From: the human T2T-CHM13v2.0 reference genome, Homo sapiens
Reading direction: 5' to 3' (one strand)
DNA: 64,000 nt
NCBI RefSeq assembly: GCF_009914755.1
Contig: NC_060946.1
The notes under the pieces are model-generated. The model was not told where the DNA came from, searched no databases, and saw only the letters and a program-made list of their open reading frames with translations. Below, piece after piece: positions 1 to 27,016 of this stretch; positions within the stretch are counted from its first letter, which is position 1; every line of letters starts with the position of its first letter. The position numbers and the translations under genes were made by a program.

Positions 1-559
1 CCTAAAACATACTGAAAACATGGCATTGAACACAATCACAAAGTTGGGAGCTGAGAAAAATCATATACTGTAAAATAAATCTGAGATATTAATCTCAAGA
101 AGCTCCTGAAAATGTCTCAAGAACTCCTATGCTGCACTCTCCCTAATAATTTAGACTTTCTACAGATATTTTCTGATCATCTACAGTGTGTCAGGCACCA
201 TGCCAGGTACCAAGATGCCATGGTGAGGTATACACAAAACCGGCTCCTGCTTGCAGGAAGCCTACTCTCTAAAACAGTGCTTGCCAAGCTCGCCTGATCA
301 CAACTTCGGAGCTTGTTTAAGTTCAAAATCGGCTTCCCTGCTGTGGTGAGCCACAGTCCGTGGCATTTTGATCAGGTGCTCCCAATGATTCCTACGCTCT
401 AACGGGTTTGGGAGGCAAGGGTGGGGGTAAGCTCGAGAGCCCAGAGACATCCCGTCCAGCGGGAGCCCCACCTCTAAAGTCCATGTCGCTCAGCATCCTT
501 CCCCCTGACTAGTGGCCCAAACACAGCACGAAGCTGAGGTGGGTGGAACGCTTTTCAAA

Positions 560-2066
<1,507 letters not shown>

Positions 2067-2368
2067 TGTTTCTCCTAAATATAAGGACTCAATATAATAA
2101 TAAGAGAAAGCCTCAGCACCGCGCCTAGCACTTAGTAGGTAGTGATCAAGAGAGAAGACCTCTTAAGTGGTTTTAATGGTTAAGGACCACAGGTTCTCAA
2201 GAAAGGGAAATCTCAATTCAAGTCCCGCCTCCATCTCTTGAAAACTGAGAAACCTTGAACAAGTCACTCAGAGGAGCCAAAGATCCTTGATTTCTACATG
2301 TGCAAAAGGGGAGTGTGGCAGTAGCACTGCACAGGGTTGACTGAGCTTTCAGGGAGATGATGACTGTA

Positions 2369-3817
<1,449 letters not shown>

Positions 3818-4114
3818 CATATCCCAGGGCCCAATGCCTGACACACACAAAGCTGAGTTTCACTGGTGTAATTCCCACCCTATCCATCCAAGACTCCTAA
3901 AAGTTTAATGAAATGGACTCTGCTCCCAAACCCTGTAGTATAAGTAGCTGGGAGGAGTTTGCCCAACTTGGGGCTGCAAGGACTCTTTCTTCCCACATCT
4001 TTGCTTTCCTTTCTCTCCCCCAAACTTCTCTGAAAACCCTAAAGTTGGCAGAAAAATGGAAAATGTTTTCCCTACTAACAAAAAGAATCTTCGAGAGTCT
4101 CTTGGTATTTGTAA

Positions 4115-5966
<1,852 letters not shown>

Positions 5967-6074
5967 TAATGGGATAGGGAAAAGAATTCCTCCAAGAGAA
6001 AATTAAGAGTGAGGTTAGGAGAGGAAGTAGTTGCTGGGTAGCTTTAAATCAGCAGCCGATTTCTCCCATTGGTG

Positions 6075-7245
<1,171 letters not shown>

Positions 7246-7329
7246 CATGGAAGATATCATGAGAGGGAGTTAATACAAAATGCTCTAGAAACAGAGAAAG
7301 GCAGCCAGGCACAGTAGCTCATGCCTCTA

Positions 7330-7581
<252 letters not shown>

Positions 7582-9177
7582 TCAATTTAATAAAAAAAAG
7601 AAAAAAGAAAAAAAAAAAAAAGAAACAGAGAAAAGCTGGCTAACTCTCCACAGTGGGAAAAATGTCCCAGGAAACCACAGCCTCCACATTAAATATTCAA
7701 ATGAGCTAAAACCCATCTAATTGGCAATCTCAGCCTCATTCCTTTAAACATGCAAACTACCTAAATTCCCATCAAACCCCCTACACCAGGCCAGCCAAGT
7801 CTCAAAATGCTTATATACCCTTTAATAGAAATTTCCAACCACCACCCCCATTTCCTAAGGAAATGGCTGTGTGCCCTTGACCCTGCCCTGACAGAATCGC
7901 CAGTGGCCTTTGAACCATGGCACTCAATTCATGGCATGGCCAGCGAGCTACAAAGTGTCCTAGCATCAACCAAGCAAAGTTATAAAAGCAGATTTAGTGG
8001 ACAATAAGGAACATTAGTTTTAGAGTCAAAAAGACCTGGGTTGGGTCCCAGCTCTGCCATTTACCAGCTGTGCAACATCGGAAAAGTTACCTTCCTCTTC
8101 TAACTTTGGTTTCCTCACCTGTGACATGACAGTGGCTAGAGGACCTCACTCATAGAATCACTGTGATGACAAGAGCAGCCAAGGGTAAGTCTTTGCACAG
8201 GCCTCCCTGGTCATTATTGGGTCAACAAGACATAACCACATGCCTTATCTCCACTTCCAAAACCCAAACAGCTCTCAAAAACAAGTCATTGTAGCTCATT
8301 TGGAAGAAAAGACTGATATGAACCAATATGCAACTACCTATAATCTTTCTCTATCCCTCTTACTGTGAATATTTGCTGTGGAAATATTAACATGTTTGGT
8401 CTCCACTGGGGTAGGACTCCACATGTGTAGGACTCCACTGGGGTGCTACACATACACATAGTAGATATGCCTTACCACCTTCCTAAAATTGGATAATTAA
8501 ATTTCACAACTTATCTAGCCCAAAGGTTTCAGAGACGGTAGACCTGTATCTTTATGAGGGCGAGGATGAGAATATAACCTGGCCTGTTATCATGCACCAA
8601 GGTACCTGCTGTTCTCATGAAGATGTCTGCAGCCAGCCAGCCAGTCTCTACAAACTCCACCCCCAACCTCGCTATGCTCCCTTCCCTGGAACTTTCCAAG
8701 GGGCCCTTAGAATTTGTATTCAGCTCTCACAGGCTGAGACCAGGGTGACATCCTGGGAAACCTGCCTAGTGATAGCCAAGGTGTAGCTCCAGATGAAAGG
8801 CACACAACTTTAAATATAAAAAAGCCATTCAGGCTAGGCTCAGTGGCTCATGCGTGTAATCCCAGCACTTTAAGAGACTGAGGCAGACAGATCACCTGAG
8901 GTCAGAAGTTCAAGACCAGGCTGGCCAACATGGCAAAACCCTGTCTCTACAAAATATATAAAAATTAACAGGCATGGTGGTGCATACCTGTAATCCCAGC
9001 TACTCAGGAGGCTGAGGCACAAGAATCGCTTGAACCTGGGAAGCAGAGGTTGCAGTGAGCCAAGCCTGCACCACTGCACTTCATTCAGGCTGGGCAACAG
9101 AGTGAGACTCCATCTCAAATAAATAAATAATAAAGCCATTCAACTAAAGAACCGATTATCAAGCAGAAGCACAAAGC

Positions 9178-9331
9178 CCAGGTTCCATCAGGTTTTTAAT
9201 TGTACATCAGTGACTGTGAAAAAGCAATTATTCCCATAATTAAAATACAAACTATAAAAAAACAGACTCAAAGAAAAGAAAGATGACAGAGTGAAAGAAG
9301 GTACATTTCTTTCGTGTTCAAACCACGGAGT
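9178..9331 (-). terminator. CHEK2: CHEK2 3' UTR with ATTAAA polyadenylation signal (9200-9195)
   Basis: Short U-rich UTR after TGA. The variant hexamer lies ~17 nt before the recalled mRNA end. Confidence 0.8.
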
Positions 9332-9460
<129 letters not shown>

Positions 9461-9889
9461 TCACTGGCTTCTTTAAGATTATCAAAGTTCCTCAATATGC
9501 TTCCAGTAAAGTGGGGGCATTTGATGTGAAATTCTAGAACCAAAAATTACTGGTTGTCATCATTGACAACTGAGTCCTCACCACAGCCCCCAACTCAGAC
9601 ATGCTTATCTAATAGATATTTCTCTCCCTTATGGCTTCTGACCTCTGAACGATGTATACTGAAAGCAAGTAGCATAACCAACTTCCTCTTGATCGTCCTC
9701 TTCTAAATATCAAGTTTAAAAGGACTATAATACCTCTCAGTTGAAGCCCCAAGTCTTGGTCTTTTGCGGGAAGACAACCTTTGTGCCTTAGTTGTTTTCC
9801 CATATATAAAATTGGGAGGAAGGCTGGGTGCGGTGACTCACAGCTGTAATCCCAGCACTTTGGAAAGCCGAGGTGGGCAGGTCGCTTCA

Positions 9890-10198
<309 letters not shown>

Positions 10199-10521
10199 TT
10201 ATACTCACAAAGAACTTTAAAGAATAAAATTGTAATCAAGGAATCAACTACTGACCCAAATTTTAATTTGTTCAACAAATTTATATTTGAGCCTCTAATA
10301 GAGTCTTTCGAAATTGCCTTGCAGGTGACCTTTTGGATGACAATCCCTAGCTGTGCTTATCGGTCTATTATGTGTTAGATATTAAACATATCCTGCATTT
10401 TTAAATCTAAGGGTGCTGGAGCGAATCAAGTTAAAACAGAGTTTCTACTACATTATAACTGAAACAATGTTAAGCAATTGCTACTCAGGAAAATCTTGAA
10501 TTTCATCATCTTTGCTTATCA

Positions 10522-10701
<180 letters not shown>

Positions 10702-11514
10702 CTAGAATGACAGGGCTAGCATGCCCCTGTGGAAAGAGGGAGGAAAAATGTCCGTCCAAGAATCATCCCCTTGATGAAGCTCCCACAGCGAAGGCATTAT
10801 GTGTTGCCCGCCTCTACCTTCCCAGAGGAGTCTAATTAGCAGTCAATGCTCCATCAATCCTGGCTGACTCACATCCACATGCCTAAAAGCTCTCAGTGGG
10901 TCAATCACAGCCTCCAGCAGTCAAGAGTTTCTTAATTAGTATCCAAGATCCTGAGAAAGGTGGCAATCAGGAGGCCAGAGGCTGGGCCTGACTCCGTGCA
11001 GCTCCTCAAATCCTTCCCGGACCACTCTCCACCTGCTGCCCCTGCCATGAATGAGGCCAGTCACCCAGACTGTCCTAACAACCAGCCCAGCACCCTAGGA
11101 AAATTCACCCAGCAGATGCCATACAAATTTTCAGAAGTACTTAAGCCCACAGTATCCCAGAGCTCAGGTCTAATGAGAAAGGGAGACAATAAACAGAACC
11201 AAGTATTTTGTTTCTGCTGCAGGAGCGGGAGGTGAGGGGTTTCATGCTGCAGGAGCAGGAGATGAGGAGGGCACAGACAGTGTGTATGCGAGTAGCTCCC
11301 ACCTCTCTGGATGCTCACTTCTGCAGGGTTCGAGGATTTGCATTAGGAAACCCTGAGAGGTGGTCTGGTGCAGCTCTCCCCATCTTCAGCAAGGTGAAAG
11401 GAACATCCATAACTAGGAATGTGGCCTTTGAGTGCTGGCCAGAAGCCCAGCTCAGCCACTCACAGGTGGCATGTGCAGAATACAGACCCAGAGTTATCTG
11501 ATTCCAGTGCCTCA

Positions 11515-13192
<1,678 letters not shown>

Positions 13193-14162
13193 CTATTTCA
13201 GGCAGTAAATATGAGGCAGAGAGTAGATGTAAGGGATGCTCCCAAAACTGGGCACTCTGTTAATAACAAAACAGACACCAGAATCCACATTCCCAACACT
13301 CAGTTCAGCGACAGACCCACAAAACCATTTGGTTTTTTCAAAAACACTGAATTTTCCCAAAATAAAACCCAAACTATCACTAACAGATGTTTTAGATGGT
13401 CAGTCTTCATCCTTGTCTTCATTCAATGCTCATTCCTCCTTTCACTGCAAAAACAAAAGGTGGCTAAAAGAGTATTCCAGGGAGATCCTGCAACAGAGTT
13501 GAACTTCACCTTCTCCTTGGTTGTTAATAAGTTTTCTTTGACACAAAAAAGTACAAGAAAGATAGGCTACGCTTGCTCATAAATTTCAGGCAGATGCAAA
13601 CCCTGTTCCCAGGCTCAACTGGCCAGCTCTATTTTTTGTTAGAGATGAACACAGCTCCTGTACCTCTACATTTAGACCCAAGAGTTTCCCTATTAGGACA
13701 CATGAAAAGAGCCAAAAGACATGTTTCTCTTTTTCATCAAAATTAAAATCCCCACATGCAAAGGCACCCTTTGTTTCCAAACCCCTTTCCTCCAGGGTCC
13801 CACTGTTTCAAATCTGTGTGGTCTATTAAATGCTAAATCATCTGACAGATTTCTTCTGGGGAGACTGTAGTTTCCAGGGCAACATCCAAACACATATATG
13901 TCTTTTTTTGTTTGTTTGTTTGTTTGTTTGTTTTAAGTTTTTGTTGTTCTCAACCTGAGCTGGCCTGAGCAAAACTGTTAGGTGTAGAGGATTGGAACAG
14001 AGAACAGGGACAGTCTTCCCAGAGTCCCAGAAGTACGGGTTGGAGGCTGGACTGCCCAAGGAGTTCCTGGACCAGTAATCCCCAGAGAAACAGCATTTAG
14101 CTCAAGTAACAGCCTCTAGCTCAAGCTACCAGTTCTGTCCCCCATCTCCACAGAAAACGGAT

Positions 14163-14528
14163 TGATACAGTTTGGCTTTGTGTCCCTACCCAAATCTCAT
14201 CTCAAATTGTAATCCCCAGGTGTTGAGAAAGGGACCTGTTGAGAGGTGATTGGCTCATGGGGGCAGTTTGCCCCAGGCTATTCTCGTGATAGTGAGTGAG
14301 TTCTCACCAGATCTGACAGTTTCATAAGAGGATCTTCGCCCTTCACTTCCTTCACAAGCTCTCTCACCTGCTGCCATTAAGACATGCCTTCTTCCCCTTC
14401 CACCATGATTATAAGTTTCCTGAGGCCTCCCCAGCCATGTGCAGCTGTGAGTCAGTTAAACCTCTTTTCTTTGTAAATTACCCAGTCTTGGGCAGTTCTT
14501 TATAGCAGTGTGAGAACAGACTAATACA
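14163..14528 (+). mobile_element. THE1/MST-type MaLR solo LTR in CHEK2 intron 13
   Basis: TGATACAGTTTGGCT..CCCAAATCTCATC start and TTATAGCAGTGTGAGAACAGACTAATACA end match the THE1 LTR pattern; ~365 bp. Confidence 0.85.
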
Positions 14529-14915
14529 CAAACCAAAAAAAAATTAATAGAAAGGGGCATGTCTGTGCTGAATGGAACTGCTCATTACAGAAGACCAGAC
14601 ATCTATCAGAAAAACCTGCCCAATGCCGTGGCTAATTCTAAAACTAAAGATTAACCCAGCAAAGCCACAACATACTTCCAACTCTTGGCAGTTCCAGATG
14701 AGGTCAGCATTTAAAAATGGCAGCCCCAACCCCTAGCAGGAGCACAGCGGTAATACAGATGAAAAGTGCAGGTGACAGCCTTCATTAAGGACACATTTAC
14801 TCACCTGAATGAACAAGCAGTGGGACCCTTTATACCCAGTCACTTGGGCTTGAGAAATAGCTGGATTCTCCCCAGGGAGGCTGTCCTCCTCCCCCTCCCC
14901 CACTTCCCTGATTTA

Positions 14916-15365
<450 letters not shown>

Positions 15366-15443
15366 TTAAACACTCAACAAAGTAAACATGTTTCTGTCCT
15401 CTGTCTCATGTCTCTCAGGCAGCAGGGCTTCCCATGTATTTTA

Positions 15444-15623
<180 letters not shown>

Positions 15624-16565
15624 TTAACAGGCCACCATTCAGAAAGAGCAGAGAGGGTCTGAGATCATCACGGAGTCAGCAGACAGGGCCCCCTAATCTT
15701 CCTCACTCTCTGTATTCAGAGTACTGTGAGAAGACCAGGAATGATAATGACACTCCCTGTCTCCTGCTGCTGGGACGTCAGTCACGACCTCTTCACTGCC
15801 TGTTCCCTCTCTTATTGCTAGACTCAAGGTCGGACTAATTAAAGCTAAACTTCTACCCAATTCTAAGATACTTGGGATGCACAGCAAACTCTCTCTGACA
15901 TCTACAGATGGATAGGTGACAGTTACTCAGCCAGGGAGAGGCTCCCTGGAACTGCAGACTTGTCAGAAATAAAACTTGGCTACTCCAGCAAGCAACAAAT
16001 GCACGCTGGCCTGTATATTACAACATTATTATTCCTTAAATATTCTGACATTTAACACAATCACCTATGTTATGTTATTTGACATTTAATTTTCTACTTT
16101 CTCTTCAGGGAACTAAAGTTGCCAGGATAAATTATAAAATACAAGGTAACTAATGACATCTAGTTTTTACATGCTTGCTTACTCAAAGGAAACCTTGTAA
16201 CTAAAAAGTTACAAGTGCATTTATTTTGCTCACTAAAATAGGTACCAGGCACTTGTGTACATGATACTTAACCCTCACAAAAACCTTTTAAGGTAGGGTT
16301 TATTGAGGGTCCCTTTACACAGAAAGAAATTGGAGATGGAGGTTAAATAACTTGCCTAAGGCCACACAGCTAAGTAGTAGCAGACCCAGGACCTGAGTGC
16401 ATGCTCTTAATAATTTCCAGTGCCTCTCAAATGGTGTGAAACTAACAATAGAAAATAAGAACAGAATTGACAGGAGAAAACACCATGCAATTTGGGAAGA
16501 AACTCCCACCACAGCACATACACATTTTAGCATACCACAAATTCTTAACCCTTTCATATTCATAC

Positions 16566-16681
16566 CTTTCTCTGAGACTTCTGCCCAGACTTCAGGAATG
16601 AAGTTGTATTTTCCACTGGTGATCTGATCCTTCAGTGACACTTGAGTCCTATGCTCAGAGAAAGGTGGATACCCACTAAGG
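16566..16681 (-). CDS. CHEK2: CHEK2 exon 12, [38 protein letters not shown]
   Basis: 116 nt, visible in ORF track 16315..16737, AG/GT flanks. Confidence 0.98.
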
Positions 16682-17147
16682 CTTAATATTGGTAGAGAGA
16701 GAAAGGAAAAGAAATCAAGTGGCATTCTCAGTGGCATTCAGATATAAAGATTTCTTTTTCAGCATAATGAAAAGTCAGATTTTTCTTTAAATCAATGGTC
16801 AAAAAGTGAGCTAGGCTGGGCACAATGCCTTAGGCTTGTAATCCCAGCACTTTGGGAGGCCGAGGCAGGAGGATCACTTGAGCCCAGGAGTTCGAGACCA
16901 GCCTGGGCAACATGGCAAAACCCCATCACTACAAAAAATAGAAAAATTAGCTGGGCATGGTGGTGTGCATCTGTAGTCCCAGCTACTCGGGAGGCTGAGG
17001 TGGGAGGATCACTTGACCCAGGAGGCAGAGGCTACAGTTAGCCAAGATCAAGCCACTGCATGCCAGCCTGGACAACAGAGCAAGACACATTTGTGACTTC
17101 ATCTAATCACCTCCTACCAGTCTGTGCAGCAATGAAAATATTTCTTA

Positions 17148-17312
<165 letters not shown>

Positions 17313-17832
17313 CTAAAATTCAGTACAAAAGGGAATAATGTTGAACTTGCCATAAAATAAAAAGATTAACATAGTCTGCCAGTCCAAGAAGACACGTAGG
17401 CTAGATCAGTTTCTATTGTACAATTCACACCTGCCATTAATCTGGAATTTACAGATTCATGTCTTTGCAAGTTAGGACATTTAATTTTGCTTAAATTAAA
17501 ATTCCTGAGCCTAGGAATCTCAACACTCAGGCTTTCCAACTTAACCTATGTCCTCTGTAATCTTACAAAAAGCTTATTATCTTTATCACAGACACTTCAG
17601 GATTCTAATTAGTTCTACATGGTTCTTAGACCCCAGTGTCTCAAACTTGGCTGCGCTATGGAATACCTGGGGAGCTTGGAAACACATGCTTATACCTGAG
17701 TGCCACTCTCAGCTTCTGAGGTAAAGCCTGGGTGTCATAAATCCTAACAAGAGATTCTAAAGTGATGCCAGACTTGAGAAACAGGGAAAGGCAGCGCATG
17801 TGATTACTCATTCATTCATTCACCTATTCTGA

Positions 17833-18128
<296 letters not shown>

Positions 18129-18339
18129 TAAGCACAAAGGTCACTTGTACACAACAGAGCTCAATAAATGCTCATTCGAATCTGGATAAGAGCAGTATCA
18201 CCTGATCTCTAAAATAATTGGTAACAGTGAAAGGGTCAGATTCTCATCCTTTTTACGCTCCCACTTTTTATTTGAGGAATTAAAAGTTTCTGAACAAGAA
18301 TCTACAGGAATAGCCACATACAGAATGCCAATTTCTTAC

Positions 18340-18426
18340 CTTTATAAGACAGTCCTCTTCTTGAGATGACAGTAAAACATTCTCTGGCTTTAAGTCACGG
18401 TGTATAATACCGTTTTCATGAAGGTA
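18340..18426 (-). CDS. CHEK2: CHEK2 exon 10, [29 protein letters not shown]
   Basis: 87 nt, catalytic HRDLKPEN. Confidence 0.99.
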
Positions 18427-19665
18427 CTACACAGAAAGGCAGGCATGACCCTCAGATTCATGCAGTAGATACTTAAGTAGAATCAAAGTTACCAACACAC
18501 ACATCTCACAGCTGGGTGAAACCGTAAGCCGTGATACACACAACCATATTCTCCAAAATCATAGAAAACTGTTGGGGTAAAGTTTACAAATTTGTTTGAG
18601 AAGATCTTTAAAAAGCAGGGAAATGAAAAAAGCAACTTAGAACAATTAACCTTTCATTTCACTTTAAGATAATAAACAACTCTTCACACGGCAGAAATGT
18701 AAGGTGTCAATTTCAATAAAAATTCAAATGGGTAACAGAAAATGTTTTGAGAACATACCAAATAAACACAAAAATTCCACCAAAATGATATATTTGGTTA
18801 TTGCAGTCCTGAGAATATTTTTAAAGGGAACCTATACAAATATATATTTGTAAATATCTATTTATGTGATACAAATATATATCTGTTTATGTGAGTTAAC
18901 CTATTCCTCAATGCAAAGACTTTGTCTTTGAAAAAACTATTGTCTGAAATAGCATATAAAAATGAACAAACACCAACATACTATGCCATATTTCTTTTCT
19001 TTTCTTTTCTCTTTTTTTTTTTTCTTGAAACAAGGTCTCACTCTGTCCCCCAGGCTGAAGTGCAGTGGCACCATCTTAGCTCACTACAGCCTCAACCTCC
19101 TCAGCTCAAGTGATCCTCCCACCTCAGCCTCATGAGTAGCTAGGACCATAGGCACAAAGCATGCCACTTCAACCAGCTAACTTCTTTATTTTTTTGTAGA
19201 GACAGGATCTCACAATGTTGCCCAAGCTGGTCTGGAACTCTTGGGCTAAAGTGACCTTCCCACCTCAGCCTCCCAAAGTGCTGGGATTACAGGCATCAGC
19301 CACCCTGCCTGGCCATATTTTTTTAGGAAACAAAATTTTCACATATCCACAAACTGTACTCAATTCATGTTAATATTCTTGGTTACTCAATATAAATAAA
19401 TGGAATAAACCAATAAGGGAGCAATACACTGAGTAGGTGACAGCTACCATTAAAAAGGGCTTGCGTTGTACCCCATAAACATGTACACCTACTATGTGCC
19501 CACAAAAATTAAAATTAAAATTAAATTTTTTTTTAAAAAAGGCTTGTGGGCGGGCACGGTGGCTCATGCCTGTAATCCTAGCACTTTGGGAGCTCAAGGC
19601 AGGCGGATAGTTTGAGGTCAGGAGTTTCAGAACAGCCTGGCCAACATGGTGAAACCCTATCTTTA

Positions 19666-19702
<37 letters not shown>

Positions 19703-20639
19703 AGCTGGACATGGTGGCAGGCACCTGTAATCCCAGCTACTGGGTAGGCTGAGGCAGGAGAATCACTTGAACCCGAGGTGGAGGTTGTAGTGAGCCGAGA
19801 TCGTGCCATTGGACTCTAGCCTGGGCGACACAGTGAGACATCATCTCAAAAAAAATAAACAAATAAAAATAAATTTAAAAGGCTTGTGTTTATGGGCTTC
19901 AATCTTCTCTGGATGTCCCTCTGGGTTAGAACAAAAATTTTTTGCAAAATCTTTACTGGGAAATGGATCTGGTGAAACCTCCAGGGAGGGCAAACCTAGG
20001 TAGATCAATCATAAAAAAATTTCTCTCGATCCTCACTCTGTACAAGGATTGCTCCCAATCACTGCATTTCCTGCAAGGAGTGGGTTTTCAAGAAGAGACT
20101 GGAAGGGAATGGCCACAACCACATTTGGTCTGGGAAATGGTGATGTTCCTCAAAGCAAGTGCCACCAGCTATTCTTTCATCTAACACCTACTGAATAGAG
20201 ATGGCTATGTGCATTCCCTGCCGGCCCGCCCACTGCAGCGAACAGGATGCTGCACCTGAAGGGAAACACCTAGTTCTGAGCCATGGGGGACCCACCCATC
20301 TGTCACAATCATCACAACTTGCAGCTCTGCCCTCAAACCTGCCCAGCTCCCACTCTGAGTTAAGAGAGACTTCTACAAGGATCAAGCAGAACTAAAGAAC
20401 TAATGATCAAGACCCCTCCAGAAATACCTCCAAGCTAAAGATAGGCGACATAGGGCCATGTTATCTCTTTTTTTAAAGACAGAGCATCATTCTGTTGCCT
20501 AGACTGGAGCGCAGTGGCATGACTGTGGCTCACTGTAGCCTCAACCTCCCAGGCTCAAGCCGTCCTCCCAACTCAGCCTCCAGAGTGGCTAAGACCACAG
20601 GTGCCCGCCACCATGCCTGGCTATTTTTATTTTTTGTAG

Positions 20640-20879
<240 letters not shown>

Positions 20880-21289
20880 TGATCTCAGCACACTGCAACC
20901 TCCACCTCCCAGTTCAAGTGATTCTCCTGCCTCAGCCTCCCGAGTAGCTGGGACTACAGGCACGCAACACTACACCCAGCTAATTTTTGTATTTTTAGTA
21001 GAGATGGGGTTTCACTATGTTGGTCAGGATGGTTTTGATCTCTTGACCTCGTGATCCGCCCGCTTGGCCTCCCAAAATGCTGGGATTATGGGCATGAACC
21101 ACCGCGCCTCGCCAGTGAGAGCTTTTTCATCTCAGTGAAAGGAGTAGGACATTTTTGCCAAGAAGAGAACAGCAAACACACAGATTCTCTTCTGAGTTTT
21201 AATCCACGGTCCCTCGATTTCTGCCTAATTCAGGGAGTAATTCAACTAAAAGAAAGGCAGCTGTCAAAAGAATTGAGGGCTTCTTTTAC

Positions 21290-21389
21290 CTGCACAGCCA
21301 AGAGCATCTGGTAAAAATAGAGCTTGCAGGTAGCTTCTTTCAGGCGTTTATTCCCCACCACTTTGTCAAACAGCTCTCCCCCTTCCATC
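21290..21389 (-). CDS. CHEK2: CHEK2 exon 9, [33 protein letters not shown]
   Basis: 100 nt, visible in ORF track 21242..21508, AG/GT flanks. Confidence 0.98.
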
Positions 21390-21580
21390 CTGAAACACAA
21401 AGGCAAGGCAAGGGGTTCATTCCTGGGGGAAAACGCACTTGGACAGAAGACAATAAAACAACAAAACAAATTCATTAAGACAAGCAAACAGTTGACATTT
21501 TTATTCACTTTTGACTCTCATTTTTAAAACTAATAAGGTTTATTCACAATCAGATGTCCCAGTTGGAAACTAAGGAATGA

Positions 21581-22015
<435 letters not shown>

Positions 22016-22260
22016 TAGAAGAGCAAACAGAATTTTACAAACAGACAACCAGGATCTGAACCCTAACTCTACCATTTCCCAGCTTTTGGACTTTGGGAAA
22101 GCTATTTAACCTCTCTCAGCTTGTTTCTACCACTTAAAAAATGGGGATGATACCATCTACCTTGATGGTTGTTATAAAAATTAAGAGATGGCTGATGTAG
22201 GAAAAGCTCCTGGCACAGGTGCTTGGCAAGGTTATTCCTTTATTTATTTATTTATTTTGA

Positions 22261-22419
<159 letters not shown>

Positions 22420-22679
22420 TAGTAGAGATGCGGTTTCTCCATGTTGGTCAGGCTGGTCTCGAACTCCTGACCTCAGGTGATCTGCTCCCCTCGGCCTCTC
22501 AAAGTGCTGGGATTACAGGCGTGAGCCACCGTGCCCGGCTCTGTATTATCACTTTTATTAACTGTGTTAACTGGATTCAGTCAGGTAACAATCTCCTATT
22601 TGATAGCAGCAGATCCACAAGGGGCTCCAGGCTCTCCCAGTGCTGTGATCAGGGGTGATCAGGGGTGTTTTTACCATAG

Positions 22680-23141
<462 letters not shown>

Positions 23142-23274
23142 TAACACAAGACATTATCGCCACTGAAATAAACTACCAAGACACTGAAAGATACTCAGGT
23201 GCCACCATGCAACCTGGTCCTGGATTGAAAGGACCCGCATAGAAAGTCCTACCCAGGTAGATATTTCAGAGTAG

Positions 23275-24530
<1,256 letters not shown>

Positions 24531-24966
24531 TAACAATATTGCCCCATGGTGAGTACACACATGTGCCAGGTGCTCTGCTGGGGGATTTCCATCCCTCATA
24601 GCATTTAATTCATACAAGGACTCTGCATGTGGGGGTTCATTATAATCCCCATTTAACACTATGAAGATGAGACTCAGAAAAGTGAGTTAAACTGACCCAT
24701 GGGTGGTCAGCTAGTCAACTGCAGAGTGGAGTTCAAGTCCTGATCATAGATCCAGGACCTGGAATCCCATACCACCTATTTTTGGAAACATTGGAGGGTT
24801 TTTTGGGTTGATATTAACCCCCTATACACAGACTTTGTGGGCCCCACTACTACATACATACGTTGAGGCCCCCCAGGATGAGAAAGGCAAGCCTACATTA
24901 GATTCTTTGGTGGCTTTATAAAGCATTTGAATGGAAACAGAAATTTTTAAAAAGTTTACTACTTAC

Positions 24967-25028
24967 AATTCCAAAACAATATAATAATCTTCTGCATCAA
25001 AAAAGTTTTTAATCTTGATGATGCAAGG
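24967..25028 (-). CDS. CHEK2: CHEK2 exon 8, PCIIKIKNFFDAEDYYIVLE(L)
   Basis: 62 nt, AG/GT flanks. Confidence 0.98.
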
Positions 25029-25565
25029 CTAAGAAGAGGGGGAGAAAAAAGGGAAAGTAGTGAGAAACTCCCAAGAGGAAAACCACAAGAGCTTAGAACA
25101 TCTGCCCAGAGGGACAGGGAGGCCAAGAACAGGCATCTGGCCCCCTGCCTCAGAGGCTTGGAAGTTCAATCAGGGGAGAAGGCAGACAGAATCTAGCCAA
25201 CTCCTCAGTGAGAACATGCAAGAAATTCTCCACCCCACCATGATGGTGAGAGACTAGTTCATATTTCATATGCAAGGATGCTACCTGGGAATGAAGGCTA
25301 GGTCTCTTCCCAGTCTTCTTCCTCACTACCCCAGAGCAGAGGTACTCAAGGACAGCCTAAGGAACCCTGAGGGAGACTGACAAGTAGCATGAATAAAAGC
25401 TGTCAAGTAGGAGCCCAGCCATGCTGCCAAACAAGGGTTATTTAAGCTCTGGGCAACTGGAACCTCCAGGCAATTGGACCCCATGGAACAAGATCCTACC
25501 ATTTTTCAAAGGAAGAGGAAAATTCTAATTTTATAAGAACTCTAAAACACACTTGGGTCGGGGGC

Positions 25566-25582
25566 AGAGAGAGAGACAGACA

Positions 25583-25619
<37 letters not shown>
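25566..25619. repeat. (GA)n(CA)n microsatellite
   Basis: Directly visible. Confidence 0.95.
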
Positions 25620-25622
<3 letters not shown>

Positions 25623-25839
25623 TGGCTGATAGTTCATGACCACTGATCAATGCAGGGTGCATGGAGAACACTGAGGGTAAGGAAGAGAATACTGCACATT
25701 TTAAAATGCCTATACAATATCATGACTTCATACTTAGCACACCTATTTTTTTTTTAATTTTTCTTTCTTTTTTTTTTATTTTGAGACAGTCTCATTTTCT
25801 TTTTTTGAGACAGAGTCTCACTTTGTCGCTCAGGCTTAA

Positions 25840-26143
<304 letters not shown>

Positions 26144-26477
26144 TAAATAAAAGATTTGGTGAGTATTCATCAGGGACACACACCCCAGCACATTGGAGGA
26201 CTGTAGTTATATCAGAATTAAAAAGAAAAGAGTCATCAGATTTTTTGGTTTTAGATTCAAAAGAGTGGTAAAACTTGCCAGATTGATCTTCCCATAATGT
26301 GTATTTCATCATATTCATCACTCATCACTCTGATTAAGATCATCCAATGGAACCTTCCCACAATGAATTGTTATATAGCAATGAATGAATGCCCAGTTTT
26401 CCCACCATAGATGGGTCTTGGAAGCATAATGCTGAATGAAAAAGGCAAGTCACAAAAGACTTCAAAGAGTATGATAC

Positions 26478-27016
<539 letters not shown>

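Noticed and set aside
8401-8446. Three ~16-bp GACTCCAC..GTAG units (and a similar 30-bp duplication at ~11217-11270)
   Set aside because: Short local tandem duplications without spacers; not CRISPR-like and no sign of function.
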